DNA of 64,000 nt, taken from Heterodontus francisci (lineage: Eukaryota). Below the pieces are notes generated by a model. The model had not been told where the DNA came from and searched no databases. It saw only the letters and a program-made list of their open reading frames with translations. Both the position numbers and the translations under genes were made by a program. Each line of letters opens with the position of its first letter. Position 1 is the stretch's first letter. Shown here piece by piece: positions 1 to 14,985 of the stretch. The stretch covers positions 4,340,001 through 4,404,000 of the forward strand of contig NW_027141093.1 of NCBI RefSeq assembly GCF_036365525.1, in the 5' to 3' direction.

Positions 1-79
1 GGCAGGCATCAAGATCGGCGCAGGCTTGGAGGGCCGAATGGCCTGTTCCTGTGCTGTACTGTTCTTTGTTCTTTGTTCT
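1..79 (+). mobile_element. 3' tail of CR1/HER1-type LINE
   Basis: gggccgaatggcctgttcctgtgctgtac followed by a (tgttctt)n tail; the same tail is seen reversed at ~37666-37720. Confidence 0.75.
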
Positions 80-545
80 AAGCTTCCCTGTGGTCCAGCC
101 TGGTTGAATGGAACTGAAGCAAACAAATCATCCAGAAGAGGAAAAGATGTATAAGGTCATGAAAGCACAGAATTCAGATGGATGCAATACCAGATGGTAT
201 GGCAAGAGTGTAAAACAGCAACAGACTGGTGAATAAAACTTTCCCATTGAATAAGACAAGAGAAGAGAAGGGTAATAATAGTGTCAGAGGTGAGTTGTGA
301 CACTATTCACATTCCACCTTGATCTGAATAGGACTGTGGAAGGGAGTGATTGAGAAGAATAGAGGAGAAATGAAAAGAAAGGAGAAATAAACAAAAGGTC
401 TTTTGATTTTAGAATGCTTGTTTTTGGAAATGACAGACTGTAAAGTGTATGTGTCAGAAGATATAGAGCGAAGTTGGGTATGACAAGATCACAGGAAAGT
501 TGTGCCCTGAGACAAGGTGTGTGTTGACAGGAAAGCTGCTTTCTT

Positions 546-913
546 TTGCACAAAATGTAATTTATTCATATAATTTGTGCAATTATATTGCAAAGCAGTT
601 CAATTTTAATATTACATAAGGTACAATACAGATCAGTTTCCTTCAATAAAGTACATGAGGTATCTCACTATCCCTGCCAGCACAGGTTATATTTACAGTA
701 TTTACATTACACATCAAACATTCTCTGGTGCAAACAGCCCGAGGGGTTTTACACAGGTTCCAGCCCCTCGCTGTACTAGGGCCTTAGTCTGTCGCCTTTC
801 CATTGAAGCTCCATGGTGGCTTCTCCAAGCTTTAATGCCATCCCACAGCACATATGATGGAATGTGCCAGTCTGCAACACTCGGTCATGGACAGCTCTTT
901 GCACTGGAATACC
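546..913 (-). mobile_element. Diverged Tx1-clade LINE 3' fragment (ORF2 C-terminus plus 3'UTR)
   Basis: Minus strand encodes VFQCKELSMTECCRLAHS, matching VFQRKELSTTECCRLAHS of the Tx1 copies; GAGGGG..CCCCTC hairpin and tatgaataaa end. Confidence 0.8.
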
Positions 914-995
914 TGTCCAACGGCCGGGCTCGTTCTCAAAAGAGAGCATTTCAAATGAACATTTCCTAAATCCGTGCTTTCTCTCTCGCAATAAG

Positions 996-1559
996 AGAAC
1001 AGGATGTCTGGCAGATTCAGTGTGAGACGATAACACTGCCGGGTAAAAGCCACTTTCCAACTCCAATCTTAACACAGGAGATTCCCCAAACAGCTGCAGT
1101 AAGGTGCTGTAAACTGCTGGAAGCGCATGTGTGTGGAAATGGTGATGTTACTGAGGAGGTTTCTTGGTATAGAATGGACTGTGTTTCGGTGGGAATATTA
1201 CTGAGTGTTAATTGTAGCGGGACCATATTTAAAAACTCTGTCTTTCTGGAAAGCCTTGAAAGGTCGAGTCTGGAAGGGTTTGCGTGGAGAGCTGGGTTTC
1301 GGTTCGACTGTTAATAAAGGGTTTGAAATTGGCAGCCCGGAGGAAACAGGAGGTGGAGCTGAAAGATAAGGGGCCGTTCTCTCTCTGTCTGTCACTCTGG
1401 GTGTCTCCTTCCCTCTCGCTCTCTGTTTAATCTTCACTCTTGTCTCCTCCCCTCCCTGCACTCACTCTGCCTTTCTCAGTCCGGGCGGCCTGTAAAAAAG
1501 AAGGAGGCTGACGGAATCAGTCTCTTTTATTGTGCACTGATTTGAGGCAAGAATTATCA
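996..1559 (+). promoter_or_regulatory. H4 upstream/promoter region and 5'UTR of unit A, ending at the A of the disrupted ATG
   Basis: Colinear with 51145-51719, which leads directly into an H4 ATG (gaattatcA here vs gaatcatcATG there). Confidence 0.85.
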
Positions 1560-2203
1560 GGGTGGCTGTTGTGGGGAAGAGACGGTCGCCCACCTCCTCC
1601 TGGAATGTGTCTTTGCAAAGCAGGTGTGGAAAGGGATGCAGTGGTTTTTGTCGAGGTTCATCCCAAGCAGCTCTAGAACACAGGAGTCTGTGCCCTACGG
1701 GCTGTTCCCAGGGACGCACACCGAGACAAACATCAACTGCTGCTGGAGGACTATCAATTCGGTGAAAGACGCCCTTTGGTCTGCCCGAAACTTGCTGGTC
1801 TTCCAGCGCAAAGAGTTGTCCACGACCGAATGTTGCAGACTGGCACATTCCAAGGTCCAGGACTACGTGGTGAGGGACGCACAAAAGCTTGGGGCAGCCA
1901 CAGCAAAGGCTCAATGAGGAAAGACCACTGTGTAAGGTCCACCCACCAAGCTGAGCGGAGGGGCTGGATCCATGGGAAACCCCTCGAACCTATCGGGAAA
2001 ATTTTGTGTGCTGTAAATGTAGAAATGTATATGGCATGACAATGAAATGGAAGAGTTGTGAGGCAACTCGTGATTGTATAGAAGGAAACTGATCACCTTT
2101 GCACTGTTTGTATTTTTTGACTTGATGCTGTTTTAAATTGTTTGGGAATGTAATTTTTACAGATTTTTATGAATAAAGTATATTTTGAAAAGTAAAAAAA
2201 AAA
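1560..2203 (+). mobile_element. Tx1-clade LINE, 5'-truncated copy Y, inserted in the H4 start codon
   Basis: ORF2 C-terminal zinc-knuckle region, 3'UTR, AATAAA and poly(A) ending at 2203, followed by H4 sequence GTCTGGCAG. Confidence 0.9.
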
Positions 2204-2212
2204 GTCTGGCAG

Positions 2213-4400
2213 TATACCAGAGTATGGTCCTGGTCGGCAGCATATTAGAATCCATGAGGAAAGGCATCATCACCCTCATCTACAAGCGGAAGGGGGAGGG
2301 GGCCGAAATCAGAAATTGGCGGCCCATCTCACTGCTTAACATCGACTACAAGATTCTGTCAAAAGTCATAGCCAGTCGAGTCAAGTCTGCTCTGGAGTTG
2401 GTGATTGACCCTGATCAGACCTGTACTATATTAGGCAGGAAGATCTCTGATAGTCTCGCGCTATTCAGGGATACGATCACCTATGTATGGGACAGGAGGG
2501 TGGCACCTGCCTCATCAGCCTGGACCAGGAGAAGGCTTTTGATAGGATATCGCACACCTACATGATGGACGTACTTTCCAATATGGTGTTTGGGGAGGGA
2601 ATCTGCAATTGGATCAAACTGCTCTACACAAACATCAGTAGCGCAGTCTCAATCAATGGGTGGGAATCAGAAAGTTTCTCGATCCAATCTGGAGTCAGGC
2701 AGGGCTGTCCTCTCTCCCCTGTCTTGTTTGTTTGCTGTATTGAACCCTTTTCTGAGTCTATTAGGAAGAATGCGAGTATCAGAAGGGTAACAATCCCAGG
2801 CAGTGGAGGCACTCAGGTTAAAACCTCCCTGTACATGAATAACGTCGCCATTTTCTGCTTGAACCCGCTGCCTGTGCGCAGACTGATGAGCATCTGTGAC
2901 CAGCTCGAACTGGCCTCGGGAGCCAATGTTAAACACGGCAAGAGCGAGGCCATGTTCTTTGGGAACTCAGCTGACCGATCCTTTGTCCCCTTCACCATTA
3001 GGTCAGACTACCTGAAGGTGCTGGGGTATGGTTTGGAAGGGCTGGGGCGTGCACCAAAACCTGGGAGGAACGAGTAGCCAGGGTACAACATAAGCTGAAC
3101 ATGTGGGAGCAGCGATCTCTCTCTATTGTGTCAGGTTACTGTACGTGGTGCAGGTCTGGCTCATACTGCACTCCTACACTGTGGTGATCACCTGAGCCAT
3201 TTTCCGTTTCATCTGGGGATCCAAAATGGACCAGGTCCCGAGGAACACGATGTTCAATCCTCTGGAGAAGGGCGGGAAAAATGTACCCAACATCGCCCTC
3301 ATCCTGATGGTTACCGTTGTGTGCGGCTGGATCAAGCTGTGTGTAGACCTCCAGTACGCAAACTCCAAGTGTCACTCCGTGCTGAGGTTCTATCTGTCCC
3401 CGGTGTTGCGAAGGATGGGCCTGGTCGCATTGCCATGGAACGCTCCATCCAGTTGGACTGTGCCGTACGTAACACCTATCCTTCATGGAAAAGTTTCTGC
3501 GGAAAAACACCTTTGACCACCAATCCATCAGGCACTGGTCTGCACAGAATGTTCTCAAGACCCTATGGGAAAAGAAGATGGTGGATCCTGTCGGATGGTT
3601 TCCCGAGCAGACTTCCAAAGTCATTTGGCGGAATGCCCCATCACCAGAACTTTCAAACAAGCACCAAGATGTAGCTTGGCTGATGGTGAGAAGAGCCCTC
3701 CCCGTCGGATCCTTCCTGCATGCCCGAAGTCTCACCCCCTCTGCACAATGCCCTCGAGATGGCTGTGGTGGGGAAGAGATGGTTGCCCACCTCTTTCTGG
3801 AATGTGTCTTTGCAAAGCAGGTGTGGAAAGAGATGCAATGGTTTTTGTCGAGGTTCATCCCAAGCAGCTCTGTAGCACAGGGGTCTGTGCTCTACGGGCT
3901 GTTCCCAGGGACGCACACCGAGATAAACATCAACTGCTGCTGGAAGACTATCAATTCGTTGAAAGATGCTCTTTGCTCTGCCCGAAACTTGCTGGTCTTC
4001 CAGCGCAAAGAGTTGTCCACGACCGAATGTTGCAGACTGGCACATTCCAAGGTCCAGGACTACGTGGTGAGGGACGCACAAAAGCTTGGGGCAGCCACAG
4101 CAAAGGCTCAATGAGGAAAGACCACTGTGTAAGGTCCACCCACCAAGCTGAGCGGAGGGGCTGGATCCATGGGAAACCCCTCGAACCTATCGGGAAAATT
4201 TTGTGTGCTGTAAATGTAGAAATGTATATGGCATGACAATGAAATGGAAGAGTTGTGAGGCAACTCGTGATTGTATAGAAGGAAACTGATCACCTTTGCA
4301 CTGTTTGTATTTTTTGACTTGATGCTGTTTTAAATTGTTTGGGAATGTAATTTTTACAGATTTTTATGAATAAAGTATATTTTGAAAAGTAAAAAAAAAA
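2213..4400 (+). mobile_element. Tx1-clade LINE tandem copy 2 (X body with Y tail), frameshifted RT
   Basis: RT motifs NWRPISLLNIDYKILSK, DQEKAFD, SGVRQGCPLSP, YMNN (for YMDD); CPRDGCGGEEMVAHLFLEC knuckle; poly(A). Confidence 0.92.
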
Positions 4401-4409
4401 GTCTGGCAG

Positions 4410-6597
4410 TATACCAGAGTATGGTCCTGGTCGGCAGCATATTAGAATCCATGAGGAAAGGCATCATCACCCTCATCTACAAGCGGAAGGGGGAGGGGGC
4501 CGAAATCAGAAATTGGCGGCCCATCTCACTGCTTAACATCGACTACAAGATTCTGTCAAAAGTCATAGCCAGTCGAGTCAAGTCTGCTCTGGAGTTGGTG
4601 ATTGACCCTGATCAGACCTGTACTATACCAGGCAGGAAGATCTCTGATAGTCTCGCGCTACTCAGGGATACGATCACCTATGTATGGGACAGGAGGGTGG
4701 CACCTGCCTCATCAGCCTGGACCAGGAGAAGGCTTTTGATAGGATATCGCACACCTACATGATGGACGTACTTTCCAATATGGTGTTTGGGGAGGGAATC
4801 TGCAATTGGATCAAACTGCTCTACACAAACATCAGTAGCGCAGTCTCAATCAATGGGTGGGAATCAGAAAGTTTCTCGATCCAATCTGGTGTCAGGCAGG
4901 GCTGTCCTCTCTCCCCTGTCTTGTTTGTTTGCAGTATTGAACCCTTTTCTGAGTCTATTAGGAAGAATGCGAGTATCAGAAGGGTAACAATCCCAGGCAG
5001 TTTAGGCACGCAGGTTAAAACCTCCCTGTACATGAATGACGTCGCTATTTTCTGCTTGAACCCGCTGCCTGTGCGCAGACTGATGAGCATCTGTGACCAG
5101 CTCGAACTGGCCTCGGGAGCCAATGTTAAACACGGCAAGAGCGAGGCCATGTTCTTTGGGAACTCAGCTGACCGATCCTTTGTCCCCTTCACCATTAGGT
5201 CAGACTACCTGAAGGTGCTGGGGTATGGTTCGGAAGGGCTGGGGCGTGCACCAAAACCTGGGAGGAACGAGTAGCCAGGGTACAACATAAGCTGAACATG
5301 TGGGAGCAGCGATCTCTCTCCATTGTGTCAGGTTACTGTACGTGGTGCAGGTCTGGCTCATACTGCACTCCTGCACTGTGGTGATCACCTGAGCAATTTT
5401 CCGTTTCATCTGGGGATCCAAAATGGACCAGGTCCCGAGGAACACGTTGTTCAATCCTCTGGAGAAGGGCGGGAAAAATGTACCCAACATCGCCCTCATC
5501 CTGATGGCTACCGTTGTGTGCGGCTGGATCAAGCTGAGTGTAGACCTCCAGTACGCAAACTCCAAGTGTCACTCCGTGCTGAGGTTCTATCTTCCCCGGT
5601 GTTGCGAAGGATGGGCCTGGTCATATTGCCGTGGAACGCTCCATCCAGTTGGACTGTGCCGTACGTAACACCTATCCTTCATGGAAACGTTTCTGTGGAA
5701 AAACACCTTTGACCACCAATCCATCAGGCACTGGTCTGCACAGAATGTTCTCAAGACCCTATGGGAAAAGAAGATGGTGGATCCTGTCGGATGGTTTCCC
5801 GAGCAGACTTCCAAAGTCATTTGGCGGAATGCCCCATCACCAGAACTTTCAAACAAGCACCAAGATGTAGCTTGGCTGATGGTGAGAAGAGCCCTCCCCG
5901 TCAGATCCTTCCTGCATGCCCGAAGTCTCACCCCCTCTGCACAATGCCCTCGAGATGGCTGTGGTGGGGAAGAGATGGTTTCCCACCTCTTTCTGGAATG
6001 TGTCTTTGCAAAGCAGGTGTGGAAAGAGATGCAATGGTTTTTGTCGAGGTTCATCCCAAGCAGCTCTGTAGCACAGGGGTCTGTGCTCTACGGGCTGTTC
6101 CCAGGGACGCACACCGAGATAAACATCAACTGCTGCTGGAAGACTATCAATTCGTTGAAAGATGATCTTTGCTCTGCCCGAAACTTGCTGGTCTTCCAGC
6201 GCAAAGAGTTGTCCACGACCGAATGTTGCAGACTGGCACATTCCAAGGTCCAGGACTACGTGGTGAGGGACGCACAAAAGCTTGGGGCAGCCACAGCAAA
6301 GGCTCAATGAGGAAAGACCACTGTGTAAGGTCCACCCACCAAGCTGAGCGGAGGGGCTGGATCCATGGGAAACCCCTCGAACCTATCGGGAAAATTTTGT
6401 GTGCTGTAAATGTAGAAATGTATATGGCATGACAATGAAATGGAAGAGTTGTGAGGCAACTCGTGATTGTATAGAAGGAAACTGATCACCTTTGCACTGT
6501 TTGTATTTTTTGACTTGATGCTGTTTTAAATTGTTTGGGAATGTAATTTTTACAGATTTTTATGAATAAAGTATATTTTGAAAAGTAAAAAAAAAAA
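4410..6597 (+). mobile_element. Tx1-clade LINE tandem copy 3 (X body with Y tail)
   Basis: Near-identical to copy 2 at a 2197-bp offset, with private SNPs and a 1-bp deletion near 5590. Confidence 0.92.
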
Positions 6598-6600
6598 GTC

Positions 6601-9141
<2,541 letters not shown>

Positions 9142-10142
9142 TGACCTGGAAACGGGAGCTGGGATAGGCTGTTCAGAACTGTCTGGAATAAATCTGTGCT
9201 GTATTCGGGTATAAAACTGGAATCCCCGAAATTGACATTTCATTTGCAGCAAGGATGTGCAGTGGATTTGATTTTCTAAACGGGCTGTGTAAACAGTGCC
9301 CGAGGCTCTGCAGTTAGTTATTTCCCCCGTCCACACATGACCTCAGTGCAAAGCCACATCACTCCTCCAGAATCACTCATTGTTTTCATAGAATTTCAAA
9401 ATGATTTCGCTGCAATGAGGGAATCCGGGAGTTCTGCAGCAGCCGTTGAATCGGTCACTGGAACCAGACCCACTTGTGATGTTACTTTTCACGAGACGGT
9501 GTTTCCTGCACTGAAACTGACAGGGTTTGTGAAACTGATCAGTTTCAGCTCATTCATTCAGGGACCTGGAATTCCCGCAGTTTGAGCCCGCGCGAACCCA
9601 TGCCCACTTCTGATTGGTCACCCTCTTCCCATTCGCATTTCTTAACCAATCGCAGAGCCTCGAATTAGGGAAAATGCAGCAAATCATTGGCTTAAATTGT
9701 CGAAATTGGCAGAACGTTTGAATTCGAAAAAGGCGCCAATTTCAGTGTCGGCAAAAAGCGAATTACTGGAAAATCTATTTAAAGTTGTTCGTAAAATATT
9801 TTCCACCAACCTTTAAAAACCTTTCTTTATTCCGCTATTATCGCCACAAATTCCTGGCGCTATTTTACGCACAGCTTTAACCTCTCATTTCCCCCCCCAC
9901 TGCTTATCTGTAACCGGCGGTAAAAGACTCCATTCAGCAATCCTTCAGGGACCAATAACTCAAACTCGGTGTGAAAAGGAATAAATTATACTATTGGTAG
10001 TTCCCCTTCACACAGGGATCAGGGGAACAGTGAGAAGCCACTGACATAGTTGCTCATAAACATTTTAAATAGTTCCTATTCTGTTCTGTTACTGACATGC
10101 TGGAATCAGACAGTAATCAGCCCTTTCACAGAGACTGTGGGT

Positions 10143-10158
10143 GGCTCTGAAAAGAGTC
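10143..10158 (-). promoter_or_regulatory. Histone 3' stem-loop of H2A-A (stem mismatch)
   Basis: GACTCT-TTTC-AGAGCC on the minus strand. Confidence 0.8.
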
Positions 10159-10167
10159 TTTGGTTTA

Positions 10168-10602
<435 letters not shown>

Positions 10603-11337
10603 TTACTTTACTTAAAGACTGAGAACTCTCCTCAATGGTCGGTACTTAATTCACCTCATTTGCCTATATTCTTCACCAATCAGGTCACTGACCAACAGAA
10701 GAGGGCGGGATTTACCCGCCACGACATCAGAAGCAGAGAATTTGTCAATTTCAAAAAGCCCGCCAATTTCATCGTCGGAAAGGAGCGGATTAAAATAAAT
10801 GTCATCCTTAGTCAAAGATTTAAAGTCCCTTCTCTTGATTTTGTTTTATTCAACTTGTAAAATGTTATTTAAATTGTGACTCATTCTACAATCGCTTTCA
10901 AACTGTCACGGGTGGGGCATTCATTGGCCTGAAGTGAAATACTCAGTTTAGCTTTGAATCAGAGCCCAGTGTCCTTCTCTGAAAAGAGGGAGCCGGATCA
11001 AGTCCTCAAACGGCCCTTAACTTGCTCTACAATAATCCCATCCCAGGCTGTTACACTGCGGAGAGTTGCTGTTAATAAAATGATTAATCAGTGAAGGGAT
11101 GAAGGTCTAATCCTTACCGCTGAAATCAGCTGTTAATGCGGTCATTCAGGGGCTGTGAAAAACGAGAATAAGAGCAGCTTTAAGCAAAACAAGTGAAGGC
11201 GGGTGATCAGATTATGGGTTCATGTTCGGTTAATAACAGGAGATACAAACACAGCATTGGGATCGTTATCATATTATACATTGTCTTCAAGTGATTTCAT
11301 AGAGATGTCGGATGCAGCTTTTTCAGAGATTGTTGGT

Positions 11338-11353
11338 GGCTCTTAAAAGAGCC
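11338..11353 (-). promoter_or_regulatory. Histone 3' stem-loop of H2B-A
   Basis: GGCTCT-TTTA-AGAGCC on the minus strand. Confidence 0.88.
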
Positions 11354-11390
11354 GTTGTGTTTGATCTGTTTTTCAGTCCATTGTGCAGTT

Positions 11391-11997
11391 TCACTTGGAG
11401 CTGACGTACTTGGTCCCTTCCGACACGGCGTGCTTGGCCAGCTCCCTGGGCAGCAGCAGGCGCACGGCGGTCTGGATCTCCCGGAGCTGATGGTTGTTGT
11501 AAGGGGCCAGGCGGGAAGCATCACCCGCGATACGCTCGAAAACATCGTTCACAAACGAGTTCATGATGCTCATGGCCTTGGAGGAGATGCCGGTCTCGGG
11601 GTGAACCTGCTTCATCACTTTGTAGATGTAGATGGAGTAACTCTCCTTCCTGCACTTCTTGCCGCCCTTTGTTGATGGTTTATTTAAGGTTTTCTTGGCG
11701 CCCTTCTTAGGAGCTGCTTTCTTCTCTTTTTTTATTTCCAAAATAGACTTTATTCATAAAAATCTGTTAAAAATACATTGCCAAAGTGTTTCAAACAGCA
11801 CCAAAAAATACAAACATTGCAAGGGAGATCAGGTTCCTTCAGCACAATCATGAGTTGCTTCACAACCCTTCCATTTCACATTTGTCATGCCAATTACATT
11901 TTTACATTTACAGCAAATGAAAATTTTCCCGATACAGTTCGAGGGGTTTCCCAGGGGTACAGCCCCTCAGTTCAGCTTGGTGGGGGGACCTTACCAT
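11391..11997 (-). pseudogene. H2B: Histone H2B pseudogene interrupted after the ATG by Tx1; several internal deletions
   Basis: ATG at 11997-11995 in the same leader as intact paralogs; body [25 protein letters not shown] resumes at 11726. Confidence 0.93.
11727..11994 (-). mobile_element. Tx1-clade 3'UTR-only insertion (268 bp) at the H2B start
   Basis: Starts gtaaggtccccccacc (at the ORF2 stop) and ends tttatgaataaagtctattttggaaat-A7; homologous to ~8510-8780. Confidence 0.92.
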
Positions 11998-12339
11998 TTT
12001 CAGTTTCAGATACAGAAATAAACCAAACCCCTTCCGAATGCGGATTAAATAGACAATCCCACACCTCTATGCTAATGAGGGATGGGAGAAAGTAAAGATT
12101 GTGATTGGGTGATTGGCAGTGATGTCACAATAGTTTTATATCTGCAACCAATCGCAAACTGCATTCAGGAATTCCATTTCCCAAAGACTCTCTCCAGCCC
12201 CAGTTTCTATTGAAAAATCCACAGGGAAATGACGCCTGGCTGCGAGGGTCTCTTATTCTCAGCCTCTAAGTTGAGCGCATTGTTGGGCGGAAATATTTAT
12301 TCAGGCAGTTTCAACAGCTCAGAGCCGACACTGGGTTAG

Positions 12340-12910
12340 AAACGAGAAATGGGAATACGGGTCACAAACAGGGAGTTTATGCTGAACCTTTATAAATCTC
12401 ACTGGTTATCGGCCTCAGCTGCAGCATTGTGTCTAATTCTAGGTTCCACATTTTAGCAGGGATATCAAGGCCTGAGAGAGAGTGCAGAGGAGATTGACTA
12501 GAATGGCACTAGAGATGCGTGAAAGAATAGTAAAGCTAGGGTCGTTCTTCTTGGTGCAGAGATGTTAATGTAATATTTAATAGTTGTGTTCTACATTGTA
12601 ATGGGTTTAAGAGGAACTGTTCCCACTGGCAGAAGGGTCTGTAACCAATGGACACAGAATTGTTAAAAGAATCAGGGGAAGATGAGGTGATATTTTAGCA
12701 CGCGTTCTGATGATCAGAAATGTACTGCTTGAAAAGGGAGGTGAAAACAGATTCAACAATAACTTTCCTGAGGGAATTGGATCATTATTTGATGGGGACA
12801 TTACAGGGCAATGTGAAAATGACAGGGAGGTGGGACTGATTGGATAGATCTTTCAAAGAGCAGCACAATTGTTCAAATGAACTCTTTCCGTGTTGTACAA
12901 TTGTGATTAT
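12340..12910 (+). mobile_element. Old CR1/HER1-type LINE 3' fragment
   Basis: Degenerate match to the CR1 ORF2 end and tail seen elsewhere in the window. Confidence 0.6.
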
Positions 12911-13134
12911 TGCTGTTCAGAAACATCCTGACACATCCTGAAACATCATGTCGCCTTTCAGTTCACCAGTTTTAAACACCTGGAACTGAGCTGAGTATTC
13001 TATTGGCTGTGATTATAGCATCAGAGACCAAAAGACAGCGGCCCAGTTCCAAAGTCCACAGAAAGACTCAATGTATTGCTCCATGTGAGCGATGCTGTTA
13101 GAGCAGTGAGCATAGCTGCTTTCCAAACAGCTGG

Positions 13135-13225
13135 AATAAAAACAGAAAATGCTGGAAATACTCAGCAGGTCAGACAGCATCTGTGGAGAGAGAACATAGT
13201 TAAGGTTTCAGGTCAATGACCTTCC
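13135..13225. repeat. MER6-like / Penelope pLTR-type short repeat
   Basis: aaaacagaaaatgctggaaatactcagcaggtcagacagcatctgtggagagaga; related to 15020-15230, 35450-35585 and 60930-61055. Confidence 0.6.
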
Positions 13226-13544
13226 AAGCAGCTGTGCCCGGGTTTGATTCCCATCCATTACAGTTTGGCGTTCCTTAAATTCCTCAGATGAGAAACTGAA
13301 AGATAGGAACGGAGTTGGGTGCTGTCTCAAAGGAATTTTGTTTCCCAAACCAAGAAGTGTATAATATGAATAAACATATTTCCAACACTGATTTCCTTCA
13401 AATTATAGTTAAATTGAACTCTGATTTTACACCTTTTTATTGATAATTATTATTTAACCTGAATCATACAGTGGACTCAGAATAGAATTACTCAGATTCA
13501 TTTTCCCACAGCTATTCCCGTTCCTTATAAGAAACAATTCCTGG

Positions 13545-14985
13545 ATTCTGGAAGCTGTGGATTGGAGGGTAACAAACATATCCACACTATTCAAGAAAGG
13601 AAGGATAGAGAAAGCAAGGAACTAGAGGCCAGTTTGCCTGACAGCAGCAATATGCTACAATCTATTATTACAGACATGGTAAAGGGTGATGTGGAATATC
13701 AGAATATGGTTGGGAAGAGTCAACATTGATTTATTAAAAGGAAATTGTCAATGACAAACTTATTAGAATTTGTTGATGTTGTAACTGTCAGGGTAGATAA
13801 GGGGAACCAGTGGATGTAGTCTGTTTGGATTTTCAAAAAGCATTCGATAAGTTATCAAACAAGTGGTTATTACACCAATGTAGGTCCCATGCAATTTGGG
13901 GATAATATATTAGTATAGATTGAGTAGTAGTTAACAGACAAAAAACAGAGAGCAGGAATAACCGAGTCATTTTCGGCAGGAAAGCTGTAGGTAGTGGGAT
14001 ACTGCAAGGATTGGTGCTCGGGACTCAGTTATTTCCATTCTGTATCAATGACTTTGATGAGGTGACCGAATGTAATGTTATCCATGTTTGCCGATGATAT
14101 AAAGTGAGGTGGCAAAGTAAACTGTGAGGAGGATGCAAAGGGGGAAAAAAGGGATTTAGACAGACTAAGTATGTGGGCAAGAATGTGAGAGATGGAATAT
14201 AATGGGGAGAAGTGTAAAGTTACACACTTTGGCAGGAAAACAGCAATACAGAACATTTTTGAAATTAGTGAGAGACTGGGAAATGTTTACATTCAGAGGG
14301 ACCCAAGTGTCCTTGTCCAGGAATCACAGAATGTTAACGTGCAGGTACTCAACCAATTAGGAAAGCAAATGATATGTTTGTTTTATTGCAAAGAGATTAG
14401 AGTATGAGTATTTATTGCAATTATACAGCGTGAGATCACATTTGGAGTGCTGTGCTGTTTTGGTCCCCTTATCTAAGAAAGGATATACTTTCCTTAGAGG
14501 GAGTACAGAGACGTGCCACTAGGCTGCTTCCCAGGATGAGGGGATTGTCCTATGAGAAGAGATTGAATAGACTAGGCCTCTATTCCCCAGAATTCAGAAG
14601 AGTGAGAGGTAATCTCACTGGCAGATAAAATGCTCAGTTGCTTGACATGGTAAATGCTGGGAGGATGTTTCCTTTCGCTGGGCAATCTGGAATGAAGGGT
14701 TACACTCTCAGTGTAAAGGCCTTGGTCATATTTGACTGAGAAGAGGAGATTTTTTTTCAGTCAAAGGGTTATGAATCTTTTGAATTCTCTATCCCAGAGA
14801 GCTCTGGATGCTCAATCATTGTGCATATTCAAGAGAGATCGATAGGTTTTTGGATACTAAGGGAATCACGGGGGCTGTGCCAGTGTGGTAAGATGGAGTT
14901 GAGGTAGGAGAACAGCTGTTATATTATTGAATGGTGGAACTATTTCGATGGGCAGAGTGGCCACTCCTGATCTTATTTCTTATGC
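13545..14985 (+). mobile_element. CR1/HER1-type LINE RT fragment
   Basis: DFQKAFDK-, FADD- and MEYNGEKCKVTHFGRK-like remnants. Confidence 0.8.

Noticed and set aside
2204-2260. In-frame fusion of the H4 ATG to Tx1 ORF2
   Set aside because: The frames differ and this ORF2 is frameshifted.
9337-9585. 82-aa ORF also open at 52363-52611
   Set aside because: Explained by unit duplication; no recognisable domain and mostly non-synonymous differences.
11727-11997. Tx1 insert acting as an intron (ATG|GTAAGG ... ttttaacAG) that would rescue H2B
   Set aside because: Splicing at that acceptor leaves 37 nt and shifts the frame, and the gene has other deletions.
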